From Octopus vulgaris (Eukaryota), in NCBI GenBank assembly GCA_951406725.2, contig OX597821.1, positions 20,832,001 to 20,896,000 on the forward strand: a stretch of 64,000 nucleotides of DNA. Reading direction: 5' to 3'. The notes under the pieces were generated by a model, which was not told the DNA's origin, did no database searches, and was given only the letters and a program-made list of their open reading frames with translations. This document shows, piece after piece, positions 50,350 through 64,000 of the stretch. The translations under genes and the position numbers were made by a program. Position 1 is the first letter of the stretch. Each line of letters starts with the position of its first letter.

Positions 50350-50351
<2 letters not shown>
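49940..50351. repeat. ~200-bp inverted duplication with 20-bp spacer
   Basis: Arms 49940-50140 and 50161-50351; the internal (TA)n lengths differ. Confidence 0.9.
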
Positions 50352-50395
<44 letters not shown>

Positions 50396-50397
<2 letters not shown>

Positions 50398-50626
50398 TTC
50401 TTTACTGCCCACAAAGGGGCTAAACATAGAGGGGACAAACAAGGACAGACGAAGGGATAGAGTCGATTATATCGCCCCCAGTGCGAAATTGGTACTTTAT
50501 TTATCGACCCCGAAAGGATGAAAGGCAAAGTTGACCTCGGCGGAATTTGAACTCAGAACGTAACGACAGACGAAATACCGCGAAGCATTTCGCCCGGCGC
50601 GCTAACGTGTCTGCCAGCTCGCCGCC
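50396..50626 (-). mobile_element. tRNA-derived SINE (family B), full length
   Basis: Minus strand GGCGGCGAGCTGGCAG...GAGTTCAAATTCC...GCCCCTTTGTGGGCAGTAAAGAAAT. Confidence 0.92.
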
Positions 50627-50657
50627 ATATATATATATATATGTTTGTGTATGTGTG

Positions 50658-50704
<47 letters not shown>

Positions 50705-50743
50705 ATATATATATGTATGTATATATATATACATACTTATGTG

Positions 50744-50787
<44 letters not shown>

Positions 50788-50907
50788 CATATATATATAC
50801 ATATACAATTAGTAATATAATAATAAGAGTAAATAATTTCTATCGGCCAAGCAACCTGTTGCCTGTCCCTTTTTCTTATATACATATACATATATCTATA
50901 TATATAT

Positions 50908-51115
50908 GAGTAGAAATGCTCTAATGCTGTAGTCAACGGACATAAATGCATGCATATACTCTAACAGGGACCTTTATCCTGTATACATTTACAGTTATGT
51001 ACGTTGACTACAGCATTAGAGTATTTTAGGTCTTATTTTGGCAATGTCTCTCTTTCTAACACATTAGTCACATTTATAATTCTGCTCTTTGGTGAAACAT
51101 TGCAAACTAACGTTT
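50908..51115 (+). mobile_element. short fold-back element with decayed CCG-type hammerhead-like motif
   Basis: ~33-bp inverted arms 50913-50945 and 50995-51026; GTTATGT (C/A)CGTTGA CTACAG...CTTTGG T GAAA CATTG CA AACTAAC. Confidence 0.45.
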
Positions 51116-51123
51116 ATATAAAA

Positions 51124-51891
51124 CTAGCTTAAGGTGACCCGCTCTACGCCCGGGTAACAGTGTGGTTGCTTATATTCAGTTGCTTACATTCAGTTTTTTA
51201 TCACCACATTCTCCCTCTTTGTTTCTCTCTCCTTTATCTCTCACTTTCCCACTCTCTTACTCCTCCTTTCTCTCGGACTCTCCTTCGCTTTCTCTTACTC
51301 TCTATCTTTCTCTATCTCTCTGTCTCCCATTTATAAACAACAGAAGATCTTGAGTAAGTTGAGAAAGAAAGTAGTTTGAAAGATCAATCATAAATATCAG
51401 GCAGTGACAACGGAAAGGTCTGCTTCAAGGCAGACAGCAAAGCACAAACATTTAAAAGGGACAGACGAACTTGCGAGCTGAATAAAAATTTTTAAAATAT
51501 TGGAAACCAAAAGGGATAGAATCTGAGGATAGTAGAGTTACCATGGCTGGCATTTCTTAACGACGGACAGCAACGTAGTGGCAGTTTAACGGATGGTGTA
51601 AAATTTTGAACTTGATATAAAAGAAAATTCCTAAACACCAAGTTTTTAAGTGATTCTGTCTCACGACAGTAGATTCAACTTCGCAAGCATTCAAAACTTC
51701 TTCATCATGGACAGCAACTCATTGACGATTTAAAGGCTGGCGCAAATTTTTTAGCTTGATCTAACAGATAATTCCTAAACACCCGCTCCTATAAATTGTA
51801 ATCCCCTTCCAGCCCCATTTAGACCCCGTTTCACATTTTGGTTAATATAACCCGATTTCATTCGTGTCTACTCGGGCCACATTTTATAAGA
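51124..51891 (-). mobile_element. non-autonomous Helitron
   Basis: Minus-strand 3' hairpin ACCCG-GGCGTAGAG-CGGGT then CTAG|T; candidate 5' end A|TCTTATAAAA at 51891 is less certain. Confidence 0.65.
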
Positions 51892-51961
51892 TGAGGAATT
51901 TTATCCTAGAGGTCACTCCTTTCATTTGAGGAAAAAAGAGTCGCCAATGGATAATGCACAC

Positions 51962-52005
<44 letters not shown>

Positions 52006-52030
52006 CGCATATAAGTACATATATACGCAT

Positions 52031-52073
<43 letters not shown>

Positions 52074-52134
52074 ACGCAATATATATACAAATTATATATA
52101 TATATATATATATATATACGTATATATATAAAAA

Positions 52135-52424
52135 TGTGGAGGCGCAATGGCCTAGTGGTTAGGGCAGCGGACTCGCGGTCGCAGGATCGTGGTTTCGATT
52201 CCCAGACCGGGCGTTGTGAGTGTTTATTGAGCGAAAACACCTAAAAGCTCCACGACGCTCCGGCAGGGGTGGTGATCCCTGCTGTACTCTTTCACCACTC
52301 TTTCTCTCACTCTCTCTTCTGTTGGCCTGCTCGCTTAGCCAGCGGGGTGGCGTCATTCGAAGGCATTGTGACCAGTGATATGTAACAACATCTGATGGTC
52401 TGGTCGGTCACGTGATCACGTGAT
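52135..52424 (+). mobile_element. tRNA-derived SINE (family C)
   Basis: TGGCCTAGTGG A box, GGTTTCGATTCC B box, tail GGTCACGTGATCACGTGAT(ATA). Confidence 0.92.
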
Positions 52425-53009
52425 ATATATATAAATACAGATATATACACTTTGTATATATGAATTATATATACATATTTATATATAGAACACATACACA
52501 AACATATATATATATAAATTAACCCAATAAATATCTGATTCATAATATTTGTTTACATGATTGTGTGGTAGTGGTGGCGATGCTAATTCTCTGTAGACAG
52601 ACGTAGAGAGAGAGTGTGAAAGCGCTGTCAAAGGCGGCGGGGGAAGATATAGGACGCTGTAAAACGACGTTATAGAGAGAAAGGGAAGAAAAGGGAAGTA
52701 GACGGTGTGAAACGACATTATAGAGAGAATGTGAAGGGAAGGGAGGAAAGAGAGAGAAACGGAGGAAGACAGATACATAAAAGAATGTGAGGAGACTTGT
52801 CAAAGTGTGCGTGTTTCACCCTAGTAACCACACTTAGGAATTTCTAACCTAGACAGGGATTTCTAACCTAGCTCACTCGCATCCACACCTCATTTTACAT
52901 GTCCCTGTAAATTTTAGAGTCAATCCGACGGGATCTAGTGGCCCTTAACCCATTCCAATGCCAAAACCAGACAAACATTTCAGAATTATAGATATTGATT
53001 TATGTGTAT

Positions 53010-53866
53010 CCTGTGTCATCCCATAAAAAATGCGGTTTTTTTCAATTACATGAACTTAAAGTCGGAGATGGACAGGGTAAACGAACTGCATCAACTTACT
53101 ATAAAAACAGGTGGTAATTCTGTCTTGTCTTTATTCTTAGTGCAAGTTTTGAAGGGTGCAGTTCGAATTTAAGAGTTATATTCTCAAAGCTATAATGGAA
53201 ATAGCAAAAAAGTATATTTAGCATATTTTGAGTTATGAGTTCAATAAAGGCCACAATGCAACGGACAGTGCGAGAAATATTAATGCAATATATGGGGATC
53301 ACACAATAAGCGTAAACCAGAGTGAACGATGGCTCCATAAATTCCAAGCAGGAAACTACAGCCTAGAAGACGAACACCGCACTGGAATATATCTTGAGCT
53401 CGACAAGTATGTCTTGCAAACCCTGGTAGAATAACATTCTATCATCACTGTTGAGGAACTAGCAAACAAGCTTGGCTTTGGTCATTCAACCATTCATCGA
53501 CACCTGCGTACCATCGGAAAAATCAGCAAATTGGGCCAATGGATTCCTCACAAAATTTCTGAGCCTAATCGCATGCAGTGAGTGAATATGTGCTATTCTT
53601 AGTTGTCACGTCTCACGAATGAACCCTTTTGGGACTGAATAGCGAATGGCGACAAGAAATGGGTTCTCTATAAAAACGTCAAACAATGAAGACAGTTGGT
53701 AGGAAAAGGAAAAATACCGGTACCCCAAGCTAATGACGGTGTTCACCCACATAAGGTGGTGTTGTCTGTGGGGTGGGATATGAAACGTTTAGTCCACTTT
53801 GAACTTTTAAACCCAAACCAAACAATAACAAAGGCGATCTACTGCGAACAGCTTGAGCGGCTTAAG
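53010..53866 (+). mobile_element. decayed mariner (second family), 3'-truncated
   Basis: YEFNKGHNATDSARNINAIYG..ERWLHKFQAGNYSLEDEHRTG, LGQWIPHK, GDKKWVLY, HPHKVVLSVGWD..YCEQLERL. Confidence 0.88.
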
Positions 53867-53952
53867 TTTTGTGGAAACGCGGGAAGCGACGCATTAGACG
53901 TTTATAAATTTCATCAGAGGATTATTGCTATTAGTATTATATTCATCATTTA

Positions 53953-54150
53953 AGGCGTCTAGTTGGCAGTATCGTTACCACACCGCGCAAAATGTTCTGT
54001 GGCATTTCGTCCGTCCTTATGTTCTGAGATCAAATGCCTTCGAGGTCAACTTTGTCTTTCATCCTTACGTGGGCGTTAAGTTGAGTACTGGGGCCAACGA
54101 ACTCGATTCATCGCCGTCCTGAATTTGTTGTCTTTGTCCTAAAAATTGAA
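53953..54150 (+). mobile_element. decayed family-B SINE
   Basis: GTTGGCAGTATCGTT...TTCTGAGATCAAAT...CGAGGTCAACTTTGTCTTTCATCC. Confidence 0.7.
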
Positions 54151-54324
54151 ATCATTATTATATTTATCCTAAATTATATCGGTACAGCAATATGCAAACC
54201 GAAAATACTGGTTGACTGGTCTGCATCATTAGTCTGTGACCGGCATATTGGGGTAGGAATCCTATTTGTAAAGTCAAAGCGTTTTCCGTAAATTATTATT
54301 TTAACATATACAGATACAGCTACA

Positions 54325-54753
54325 AGCGTGGGTGCGTGGTAAGTAGCTTGCTTACCAACCATAAGGTTCCGGCTTGAGTCCCACTGCGTGACAACTTGGG
54401 TACCTTCGTAGACGGAAACTGAAAGAAGCCTGTCGTATATATATGTGTGTGTGTGTGTGTGTGCGCGTGTGTGTGTGTGTGATGTGAGTGTGTATGTTGG
54501 TATGTCTGTGTTTGTCCCTCACCATCGCTTGACAACCAATGCTGGTGTGTTTACGTCCCCGTAGTCTAGCGTTTCGGCAAAATAGTACGACACAATAAGT
54601 TTTAGGCTTATACAGAATAGGTACTGGAATCGATTCGTTCGACTAAAGGCGGTGATCCAGCACGGCCGCAGTCAGATGACTGAGCAAATAAAAGAGTAAA
54701 AGAATATATGTATATATATATAGCGAGAGAAAGATGCGTACTCACACACACAC

Positions 54754-54811
<58 letters not shown>

Positions 54812-55232
54812 TTGTTAATATATAAATATATATATACAAATATATAATACATTATGTAGATATATACATATGTGTGTGCTTGTATATAATCTTATATTGT
54901 ATAGGAACAGGAGTGGCTGTGTAGTAAGTAGTTTGCTTACCAGCCACATGGATCCGGAATAAGTCCCAATGCGTGACACCTGGAGCAAAAGTTTTCTAAA
55001 ATAGCCTCCTCCGACCAAAGAATTGTGAGTAGATTTCGTAGACGGGAAAGCCCGTCACACACACGCACACATATATAGAGACACATACATTTTGTTTTTA
55101 CTTGTTTCAGTCATTTGACTGCGGCCATGCTGGAGCACCGCCTTTAGTCGAGCAAATCGACCCCGGGACTTATTCTTTGTAAGCCCAGTACTTATTCTAT
55201 CGGTTTCTTTTGTCGAACCACTAAGTGACGGT
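54325..55232. mobile_element. cluster of family-A SINE pieces: 54325-54704 (+), 54905-55055 (+), 55090-55232 (-)
   Basis: Homology to 46948-47357. Confidence 0.85.
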
Positions 55233-55274
55233 TCACAAATATATATGTATACATGCACACATACACACTTGCAA

Positions 55275-55422
55275 CCACCCACCCATCCATCCATCCATCC
55301 ATCCATCCATCCACCCATCCATCCATCCATCCATCCATCCATCCATCCATCCATCCACCCATCCATCCATCCATCCATCCATCCATCCATACATACATAC
55401 ATACATACATACATACATACAT
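55275..55422. repeat. (CCAT)n/(ACAT)n microsatellite
   Basis: Direct reading. Confidence 0.95.
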
Positions 55423-55685
55423 AGTTTATTGTTCCGTTAATAGCAGGACCGCCAATGTTGCCTATCTAAGATTGAAGGATTGCTTGGTGTCACAAGTCAT
55501 GATATGAAATCTACCAAACTGACTTTCCACAACGTGAAATCTTTGTGACCCTTATTTAGTTACGGTTTATATTAAATTATATATACATATATACATTCAT
55601 CCACACATGCGTTCATATATATATATATATATATATATATGAATGTATATATATATATATATATATATGTATGAATGCATGTATG

Positions 55686-55718
<33 letters not shown>

Positions 55719-55843
55719 ATGTATATATGTGTATGTATATATATATATGCATTGTGTATATATATATATATACATACATATTGATTGATTGATAGCTAGA
55801 TAAACAGACAGACAGACAGACAGACATATAAATAGATAGATAT

Positions 55844-55918
<75 letters not shown>

Positions 55919-56155
55919 CAATCCTACATATATATTTCCTCTAATTTGCCTGAGGATTCTGTTACCTGCCGGCGTTCACTTGGAAGTACCAAGAGACCGA
56001 TTCGACTAAAATATAAATAGAAATTTCCATTATATTATTAATTATTCATTTTCCTCCATAGTCAACACTAAACACGTAGTGTGTATGCATATATGTATGT
56101 ATGTAGGTATCTATCTATCTATGTATATCTGTATATGTATCTATCTATCTATCTA

Positions 56156-56202
<47 letters not shown>

Positions 56203-57038
56203 GTATATTTATATATATATATATATATATATATAAATATGTATATACGTATAAAAATTATTTGTCTACGCATGTGTATATGCATGTCTATATATGTATG
56301 CTGTATGTCTGTAACTATGTATATACATAGACATAGGCATTTGCTATATTTACTAATACACAAACCCACATACATGTCCTCAGCCGCTGACACATATACA
56401 TACATTCACACACGCGATCGCGCACATACACGCACGCATTACACACACATGTACCTATATAGACATGTATATATTTTTCTATTGCTCTCCTAGCATAGAA
56501 TAAAAGCAAGTGAAACGTGATTGTTGTTAATATTCCAGCGAAATATTCTATAGTCATTCATTATAATCTACAATACGAAGAGAATGGTTTCTCACTGTTC
56601 TATATTCGTGGATATATGAATAGAAACATCGCAACTAATTTCTTTTTGGACGTAAGGACAAAGATGTATGTTTAGGTTTGTTTGGGTGCGATGGTAAAGG
56701 TTTGCCTCTCTGTTTATCGACGCGTGACAAGAAATGTGCGTTGATAAACATTTAAGCAGCACCTCTATGTATATGTCTAAGTATAAGTAACTGTTGTAAG
56801 TGCAGGTACATGTGTGCGTACGTGTGAGCGTGTGTGTGCTTAGATGCGTATGCAGGTCTTAGTGTGTGTGTGTGTGCATTTGTGCATTTGTATGCAGGTG
56901 TGGCTTTGCATAAATTATACATGATAAAACATGCGGTGCATTGTCCCAAAACAAAATACATTGGTTTCTAAAAACGTATTCTACATATGGCTATGCCGAA
57001 CCAAATTCATCACGCACACACACACGCACACACACACA

Positions 57039-57079
<41 letters not shown>

Positions 57080-57109
57080 TCATATATATACATATATATA
57101 TGAGTGTAG

Positions 57110-57640
57110 ACGGCTTTCTCTGTCGCACTCAAAATAATTTTTCCTTCGTTCAGGCTTAACAGCCCTTAATGTTTGTGTTATTCTCCTTTTTATTCTCCTT
57201 CTCCTGTCTTTTATTGTTTTTATTTGTATTGTCATTACTGTCCTGTTTTACCACTTTTACCCCTCCCCAAAAAATCTAAACTTTTATTTAATTTGCTCTG
57301 CGGGAAGGACTGTTTCAATTAAGTCGTGTTTCACTTTTACCTTCGACACACAGAGTAGACGAAGCAGAGGCGACTGAAGAAGGGGAATGTCCCTTGTGTT
57401 GTATGTCTTGTACTCAGTTTTTTCGTTGTTTAAAAAAATGTCCGTTTCCTTGGTTTTGTTTTTATGTTTTCGTTTCTCATTGTGTTCGACGTTTTCTGGT
57501 GACCTGTACCCATATATGCATGTATATATACATATAGATGTAGGTACGTACATATATGTACGTATATAATTACATATGTTTTATTTATTATTTTGTTCTT
57601 ATATGATGGAACGCCACGCATCCATTTCCAAGTAAGTTTT
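57110..57640 (+). mobile_element. family P element
   Basis: TTTTACCCCTCC...GGGAAGG...CCTTCGACAC..GAGTAGA..GCGACTGAAGAAGGGG...TCCAAGTAAGTTTT. Confidence 0.8.
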
Positions 57641-57907
57641 ATATATATATGAAAAATAGAACTTGAAAATGCATTGAGAATAAAACATTTCTGTATCTAT
57701 ATACTTAAAATTTTAACAGGTTTCACGTTTTCCACTGATTTTCTACCAGAAAGATGTGGATTATATTTAATCGAAGATATTTCACTAACGGGAGGTTTCT
57801 CTGCTGTACTTTTCATATGCATACAGTCTTTTGTTTTTGTCTCAGAGGTAAAAGAAAGAGAGAGTGAGAGGTGAGAAACCATACTGAGTCATGGTAAAGA
57901 GAGATGA

Positions 57908-58307
57908 ATTCTTTCCTATTCTAGGCACAAGGCCCGAAATTTTAGTGGAGGGGGGGCAGTCGATTAGATCAAATCCAGTTCACAACTAGTACTTAATTTA
58001 TTGACCTCAAAATGATGAAAGGCAAAGTCGTCCTCGGCGGAATTTGAACTCAGAACGTAACGGCAGACGAAATACTTATTTCTTTACTACCCACAAGGGG
58101 CTAAACACAGAGAGGACAAACAAGGACAGACAAACGGATTAAGTCGATTATATCGACCCCAGTGCGTAATTGGTACTTATTTAATCGACCCCGGAAGGAT
58201 GAAAGGCAAAGTCGACCTCGGCGGAATTTGAACTCAGAACGTAACCGCAGACGAAATACCACTAAGCATTTCGCCCGGCGTGCTAACGTTTCTGCCAGCT
58301 CGCCACC
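57908..58307 (-). mobile_element. two adjacent family-B SINEs (57908-58075 partial, 58078-58307 full)
   Basis: Homology to 50396-50626; the two copies have different 3' tails. Confidence 0.9.
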
Positions 58308-59178
58308 TTTAAAAAAGAGATGAATTGAGAGATGTTGGAACAAATGTGATGATATAAAGTCGTCGTACATTATGGGTGATTAAATAGCCACAGAAGGTGT
58401 AGACAACCACCTCAACGGTAACATTACTTAAACTTAATAATTCGTGCTAATGACACCACAGTTAAAAAATAAACCGCCAAGGCTGGGTTTCCCTTCTCAT
58501 GGTATGTCAAATAACTGTCTTCAATCTCATCTTGTGTGTTGTAAGCGAAAGGTTTAGGTGTATTTGCATGATTTATGGATACATGTCTGTAACACAAAAT
58601 TCTAGTGCAGGCGCAACACAATCTTAATTTAAACTCGAGTGTAAATTTTAAACGAAATGCCTTGCACAATGAGAAAACATACCACACCAGCATTGCTAGG
58701 AATTGAAATGGTGCTCTTACGATTCCCTATTCAACAACGTAACTACCAGGTGACCCACCTTTGTTGCCTAGCGGTACCATTTCCCAGTAGCAACTTAAGT
58801 AAAGTGATCTGTTATAGAATCATCTGAACTGCTAGAAGTAGCATCCAAATTTCCCTCATGTTGTTTCGTAGTTTTTAAAACAAGAAAAATTATGTATTAT
58901 GTAAGTTAATTGTGCATTGCTCTATAAAGAAATGGTACACGACATTATTGTTCTTGTCTTTTATTAGAGTCCTTCTCGACCAGATGTCCCTGCTGTTAAA
59001 TAACAGCAGTAAGTGACATTATGTTTAAGACAGCCCTACTTTGATATAGTAGATATTTGCCCAGAAATAGAACACTCCCAACTGAGAATTAACGAAGAAG
59101 TATGTCTGCAAAGATAAAACTGACAACTTGCCTCAGTAAACACTCGGTATGTTTGTATGCATTACATACACCATTACT

Positions 59179-59465
59179 GGCATTCCGTCAGTTCCTGTTG
59201 ATCTCGCTCACCAAATTAACGTACAAGTGGCTGAGCACTCCAGAGACGCTCGAAGCCTTAACGTAGTTCTCAGGGAGAGTCACATAGATACAGAATGGGA
59301 CAATGCCTACCCTTTGAAATACAAGTGCTACTCTTTTTTGTCACGTGAGTTGACTGGAGCAACCTGAAATAAAGTGTCTTGCTCAAGAACACAACGAGTT
59401 ACCGGGATTTGAACGCCCGACCTTACGTTTGAGTCGAACACTCTAATCACTAAGCCACGCGCCTT
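59179..59465 (-). mobile_element. tRNA-derived SINE (family D)
   Basis: Minus strand GGCGCGTGGCTTAGTG..GTTCAAATCCCGG..GTTGTGTTCTTGAGCAAGACACTTT. Confidence 0.75.
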
Positions 59466-60319
59466 CACCTACATCATAAATAACTGCTGAAATAGATGCA
59501 GATTTTAAATAATACTAACCTTACCCGTTTTCGAGAACGTTTTTGTAAAATATACCCGCGCACTGTTTCACTATTACGTTTCATATATTTGAAACAGGAT
59601 ACGTCCATCTGATTACAGAGAGCTTTTTAACCCGTCTACACAGAAAACGAACAATGACATATAAAACGTGATATTTTTTATTGATTTAACAACGCAAGAA
59701 ACAAAAACGAATTCTTTTTGGAACTAAGCCAGTATGTTAGTGGATATTGAACGGTGGTCATTGTGTGGAAAATCATGGTCAACTGATCAAAGATTTTGAA
59801 ACACGTATCATCCAAGCGTAGCAGATTAGAAATTCACTTCAAAAATTATTCTTAAGTGCACTACTATAAAAATAGATGCAAATAGGAATCAAATGTATTC
59901 TGTACAATATTTAATCATTATTTGAAATGTAGCCAGTTTATTTAATGCATACATTTTGTGCGTATGTATGTGTATGTGTGTATGTACGTGTGTAGAGAGG
60001 GCATCCGGTGTGTTATGGAAGGCAACATAAAATAAAGAGTTGTCGGTAGGATTTTAACTCATTAATATAATTACTACTTAGTGATTATTTACACTATAAA
60101 GTAGTTTTCATTGTCAAATAAATTTGAAACGTTAATGATAATAATAAGAATAATCTAATCCTTTATACTCTAGGCACAAGGCCTGAAATTTTGCGGGAGA
60201 GAAACAGTCAGGAGGAGGGGAGGAGGAGGGAGAGGAGGATGACAATAATAATGACTGGTTAGCTTGAGAGGTTAAGTAGCTCTGATCGATGAAAAAAGGT
60301 GGTAGTAGTACCAATAATT

Positions 60320-60478
60320 ATTAGAGCCCTGGTGGAGCACTTGCGGAAAACAGCATTTCTTAGAGCCGCTCTTATACTCTGGATGGTGATCGAAAAATAA
60401 GGGGTGTAGCCTTAGTTCACTGGTAGTGAACAGATGGCACTGTAATACATCTCCAGTGTTAGAAGCTGTGCAAAGTCA
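60320..60478 (+). mobile_element. extreme 3' end of an R4/Dong-type LINE followed by (AAT)n
   Basis: EHLRKTAFLRAALILWMVIEK* resembles the LQKxALLGTAxILRxVL* C-terminus; short UTR then AAT tract. Confidence 0.55.
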
Positions 60479-60522
60479 ATGATGATGATAATGATAATAA
60501 TAATAATAAGAAGAAGAAGAAT

Positions 60523-60562
<40 letters not shown>

Positions 60563-60697
60563 TTAATAATAATAATAAAAATTTAAAAAAAAATTTTTTA
60601 AATAATAATAATAATGGTGGTGATGATGATGATGATGATGATGAAGACAATAGTAATAATAATAATAATAATAATAGTAACAACAACAAATAATGAT

Positions 60698-60848
60698 GAC
60701 CTTAACTAGTTGAGCATGTCCCTTAGTGGTTAACCATATGAGCTTCGCTGACCACGAGCAGAAAGAGTGGGGTAGCATCATGCCATGTGTCGAGGGCATA
60801 GTATATTTTACCCCAGTATGACTTTGATTGCATGTACTGCTCTCTCAT
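60698..60848 (+). mobile_element. short, internally deleted relative of the ~560-bp (AAT)n element
   Basis: GACCTTAACTAGTTGAGCATGTCCC..GCCATGTGT joined to GTATATTTTACCCCAGT..CTGCTCTCTCA. Confidence 0.75.
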
Positions 60849-60860
60849 GTAATGATGATG

Positions 60861-60903
<43 letters not shown>

Positions 60904-60942
60904 TAATAATAATAATGATAATAATAATAATAAAAAAAAAAA

Positions 60943-61014
<72 letters not shown>

Positions 61015-61017
<3 letters not shown>

Positions 61018-62030
61018 CTAAACCATTTGCTATTCATGGACTACGTGAAGCTATGCACAAATACTGAAGCAAAACTACACAGCCTAGTGCAGTCATGTGC
61101 TGACTTCCTACAAAGGCATTAAGGTGGAGTGTAGATTCTCAAACTCTGCTAAAATATGGTGATGAGACGGGGAAAGCCTGCCAGAACAGAAGTGATGAAG
61201 TGATGAAGATAAATCAAACTCAGTCCAGCTATAATTACCGGGGAATACTTGAAGCAATTAGAATCAAACACCATGACACGAAGGAAAAATACTAAAAGAG
61301 AGTACCTGCAGCGAGTGAGAAAAAAACTGGCTTCAAAGCCGAATGCAAGAAATATAATTTCGGCAATAAACTCGCGCGCGGTTGCAGGAGTTGCAGGAGT
61401 TCGTCGCTGAAATACTCAAGTAAACTGAGTAGGGGCTAAATGAAACGGAAGACAGTCAAGAAAGATTCTAACGATGCATGGAGTCCATCCTCCACGTGCA
61501 GATAATAATCGGCTATACATGGAGAGAGCAAAAGGAGGAAGGGGACTGATAAGTGTGGGAAAAATGCGTGCGTTTCGAATTCGAGAGTGTAATGAGACAC
61601 GTAGTCGAAAGTAAGGACACTTTGCTAGTAAAGTCAAGAACGAGGGAGTATTGAGAGCAAAGAAAAAAGGGAAAACAATGGAAGAAATTTAAAAAGGACA
61701 AGAAGAAGAATTACGTAATGAGGGACTACACAATTAATTCCATGTAATCACGACAGAAGTTGCAGGAAAAATAGATGGGTTTGGGTGATGAAAAAACCCC
61801 TAAAGAGACCGAGAGCCTATACTGGCAGTGCAGAACCAAGCTCTGGCCACAAATTGTAGAGTTAACCTTATGAATGAGCAAGTGTCCCTGCTCAGCCGAA
61901 TCTGGAATAGAGTGGATGAAACCATTCCTCATATCACGAACGAGTGCCCTAGACTTGCCCAAAACCACAAGATGTGGCAACACGACCAGGTAGCAAAAGT
62001 TCTATATTGGAAACTGCGTGCGAAAAGTGA
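61015..62030 (+). pseudogene. R4/Dong-type LINE remnant between (AAT)n tracts
   Basis: KLNHLLFMD, LTMHGVHPPRAD..RLYMERAKGGRGL, QNQALATN..ETIPHITNECPRLAQ..HDQVAKVLYW. Confidence 0.88.
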
Positions 62031-62603
<573 letters not shown>

Positions 62604-62604
<1 letters not shown>

Positions 62605-63159
62605 TGCCCTGATGCAGTACCAGGCAGTGGCTCTCATGGCTTCTGATCTTAACTGATTGGAAGTGTTATCATGTACATTGTTTTGTCTTGGTATAAAAGA
62701 TGGGCTACAGCAAATATTCTGCTCAATACCACAGATTTGCTTGTCAGTTGTTTGACCTTAACAAGTTGAGCATGTCCCTTACTGGCTGACGATATGTGCA
62801 TCTCTGATCACGAGCAGAAGTAGTGGGGGAGCATCATAGCCATGTGTTGAGAGGGATTCTTTGGGGTTTGAATAATTCACCTCTGGAAACATGGGTATTT
62901 CGTTCAACGTCCTTAAACAACCCTTATTCAGGGACCTTTTGAGCGGGATGGGTTACTCGAACTGAAGAAAATTCTAACTGGGCTCCACCTGCAAGGTCAT
63001 GTGCTGTTTATCTTGATATGAGATCGCCATGTCGCGCACATATGGTTGTGATGCATGTGCCTGGTGTACCCTTATCAGACGGGTAGTCATGATGGGTATA
63101 CTGGGCTTCGTATATTTTACCCCAGTGTCACTTTGATGGCATGCTCTGCTCGCTCACTC

Positions 63160-63160
<1 letters not shown>
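62604..63160 (+). mobile_element. complete ~560-bp (AAT)n-associated non-coding element
   Basis: ATGCCCTGATGCAGTACC...GCTCGCTCACTC with (AAT)n on both sides; three other copies in the window. Confidence 0.9.
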
Positions 63161-63218
<58 letters not shown>

Positions 63219-63284
63219 TTATTATTATTATTATTATTATTATTATAACAACAACAATAATAATAATAACGATGATAATGATAC

Positions 63285-63353
<69 letters not shown>

Positions 63354-63374
63354 CAACAACAACAATAATAACTA

Positions 63375-64000
63375 GAACAGAATTACATGAATAAGAAAAT
63401 ATCACTTAGTGGTCAAAGACACTCTACTTATACCGGATATGTTAAAAGAACAGATCAAAGCGAGTGGAATGAAAATCAAAAGATATGAGGAAAGATGCCT
63501 TCAGTTGAAACAAAAAGCGACTTTTTACAACAAACCAGAAGCTGTTCTGTGATACTCTGGATGGAGGAGATAAGGAACAGGCAACTTTATCTGATCTCAA
63601 ATAAGCAACTTTGTTTTGGAGCAAGATCTGGTCTGATGACGTTAAACACAATAGGGCACCCTGGCTCCATGAAGTGGAAGAAGAATTCCCGGGCACAGAG
63701 ATAAATTAGGATGTTACCATCACACTGAAAGATATTCAAGCCAGAGTTGGCAAGATGAAAACATGGAAGGCAGTTATCCCGCGTCTAGTTCAGGGACTTG
63801 GGATCAAGATATCCTTCTGCAAGGTCGTTCACATCAAGGAATTGTACCAGGATAGATGGTCAAAAGAAGAACTGCGATGATTCAGAAGAACCCAGCCAAG
63901 GGTACCCTGGCCAACAACTATCGCCCGTTTCCTTGCTTACCTGAGATGTGGGGGCTTCTAAATGGGATAATGTCAAAGACATCGTACAATCTTGAAAGTA
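63375..64000 (+). pseudogene. R4/Dong-type LINE remnant (pre-RT and RT start), runs off the window
   Basis: KIKRYEERC..NQKLF, KMKTWKA, ANNYRPFPCLP. Confidence 0.8.

Noticed and set aside
52141-52213. tRNA gene
   Set aside because: A and B boxes are present but the cloverleaf is poor, and the sequence continues into a SINE body shared by three copies
52560-52998. Third Helitron-like element on the minus strand
   Set aside because: A 5'-like end (ATCAATATCTATAA..TGTTTGTCTG) is visible but no 3' hairpin or CTAG was found

Overview
AT-rich, microsatellite-saturated eukaryotic DNA. The SINE families are those I recognise from Octopus (coleoid cephalopod) genomes; this is inference from repeat content. 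I find no host exon, rRNA, intact tRNA or CRISPR, and most long ORFs in the track are artefacts of simple repeats. The window is a mosaic of: tRNA-derived SINEs (four families); Tc1/mariner transposons, including one full-length DD34D mariner with an open 342-aa frame; R4/Dong-type RLE LINE fragments in or near (AAT)n; a CR1-type 3' fragment; decayed Penelope-like elements (PLE; RT + GIY-YIG); non-autonomous Helitrons; and a 2.2-kb G-free minisatellite. The most interesting signal is a set of short, non-coding, fold-back elements embedded in (TA)n. Each has a body plus an inverted copy at its 5' end, and most carry a type I hammerhead-ribozyme-like motif with a palindromic stem III. Cores include the canonical CUGAAGA, a U3-A8 variant (UUGAAAA), and a recurring atypical core CCGANGA...UGAAA-CUCNGAG-UH found with completely different, covarying stems. 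All folds were made by eye and activity is untested.
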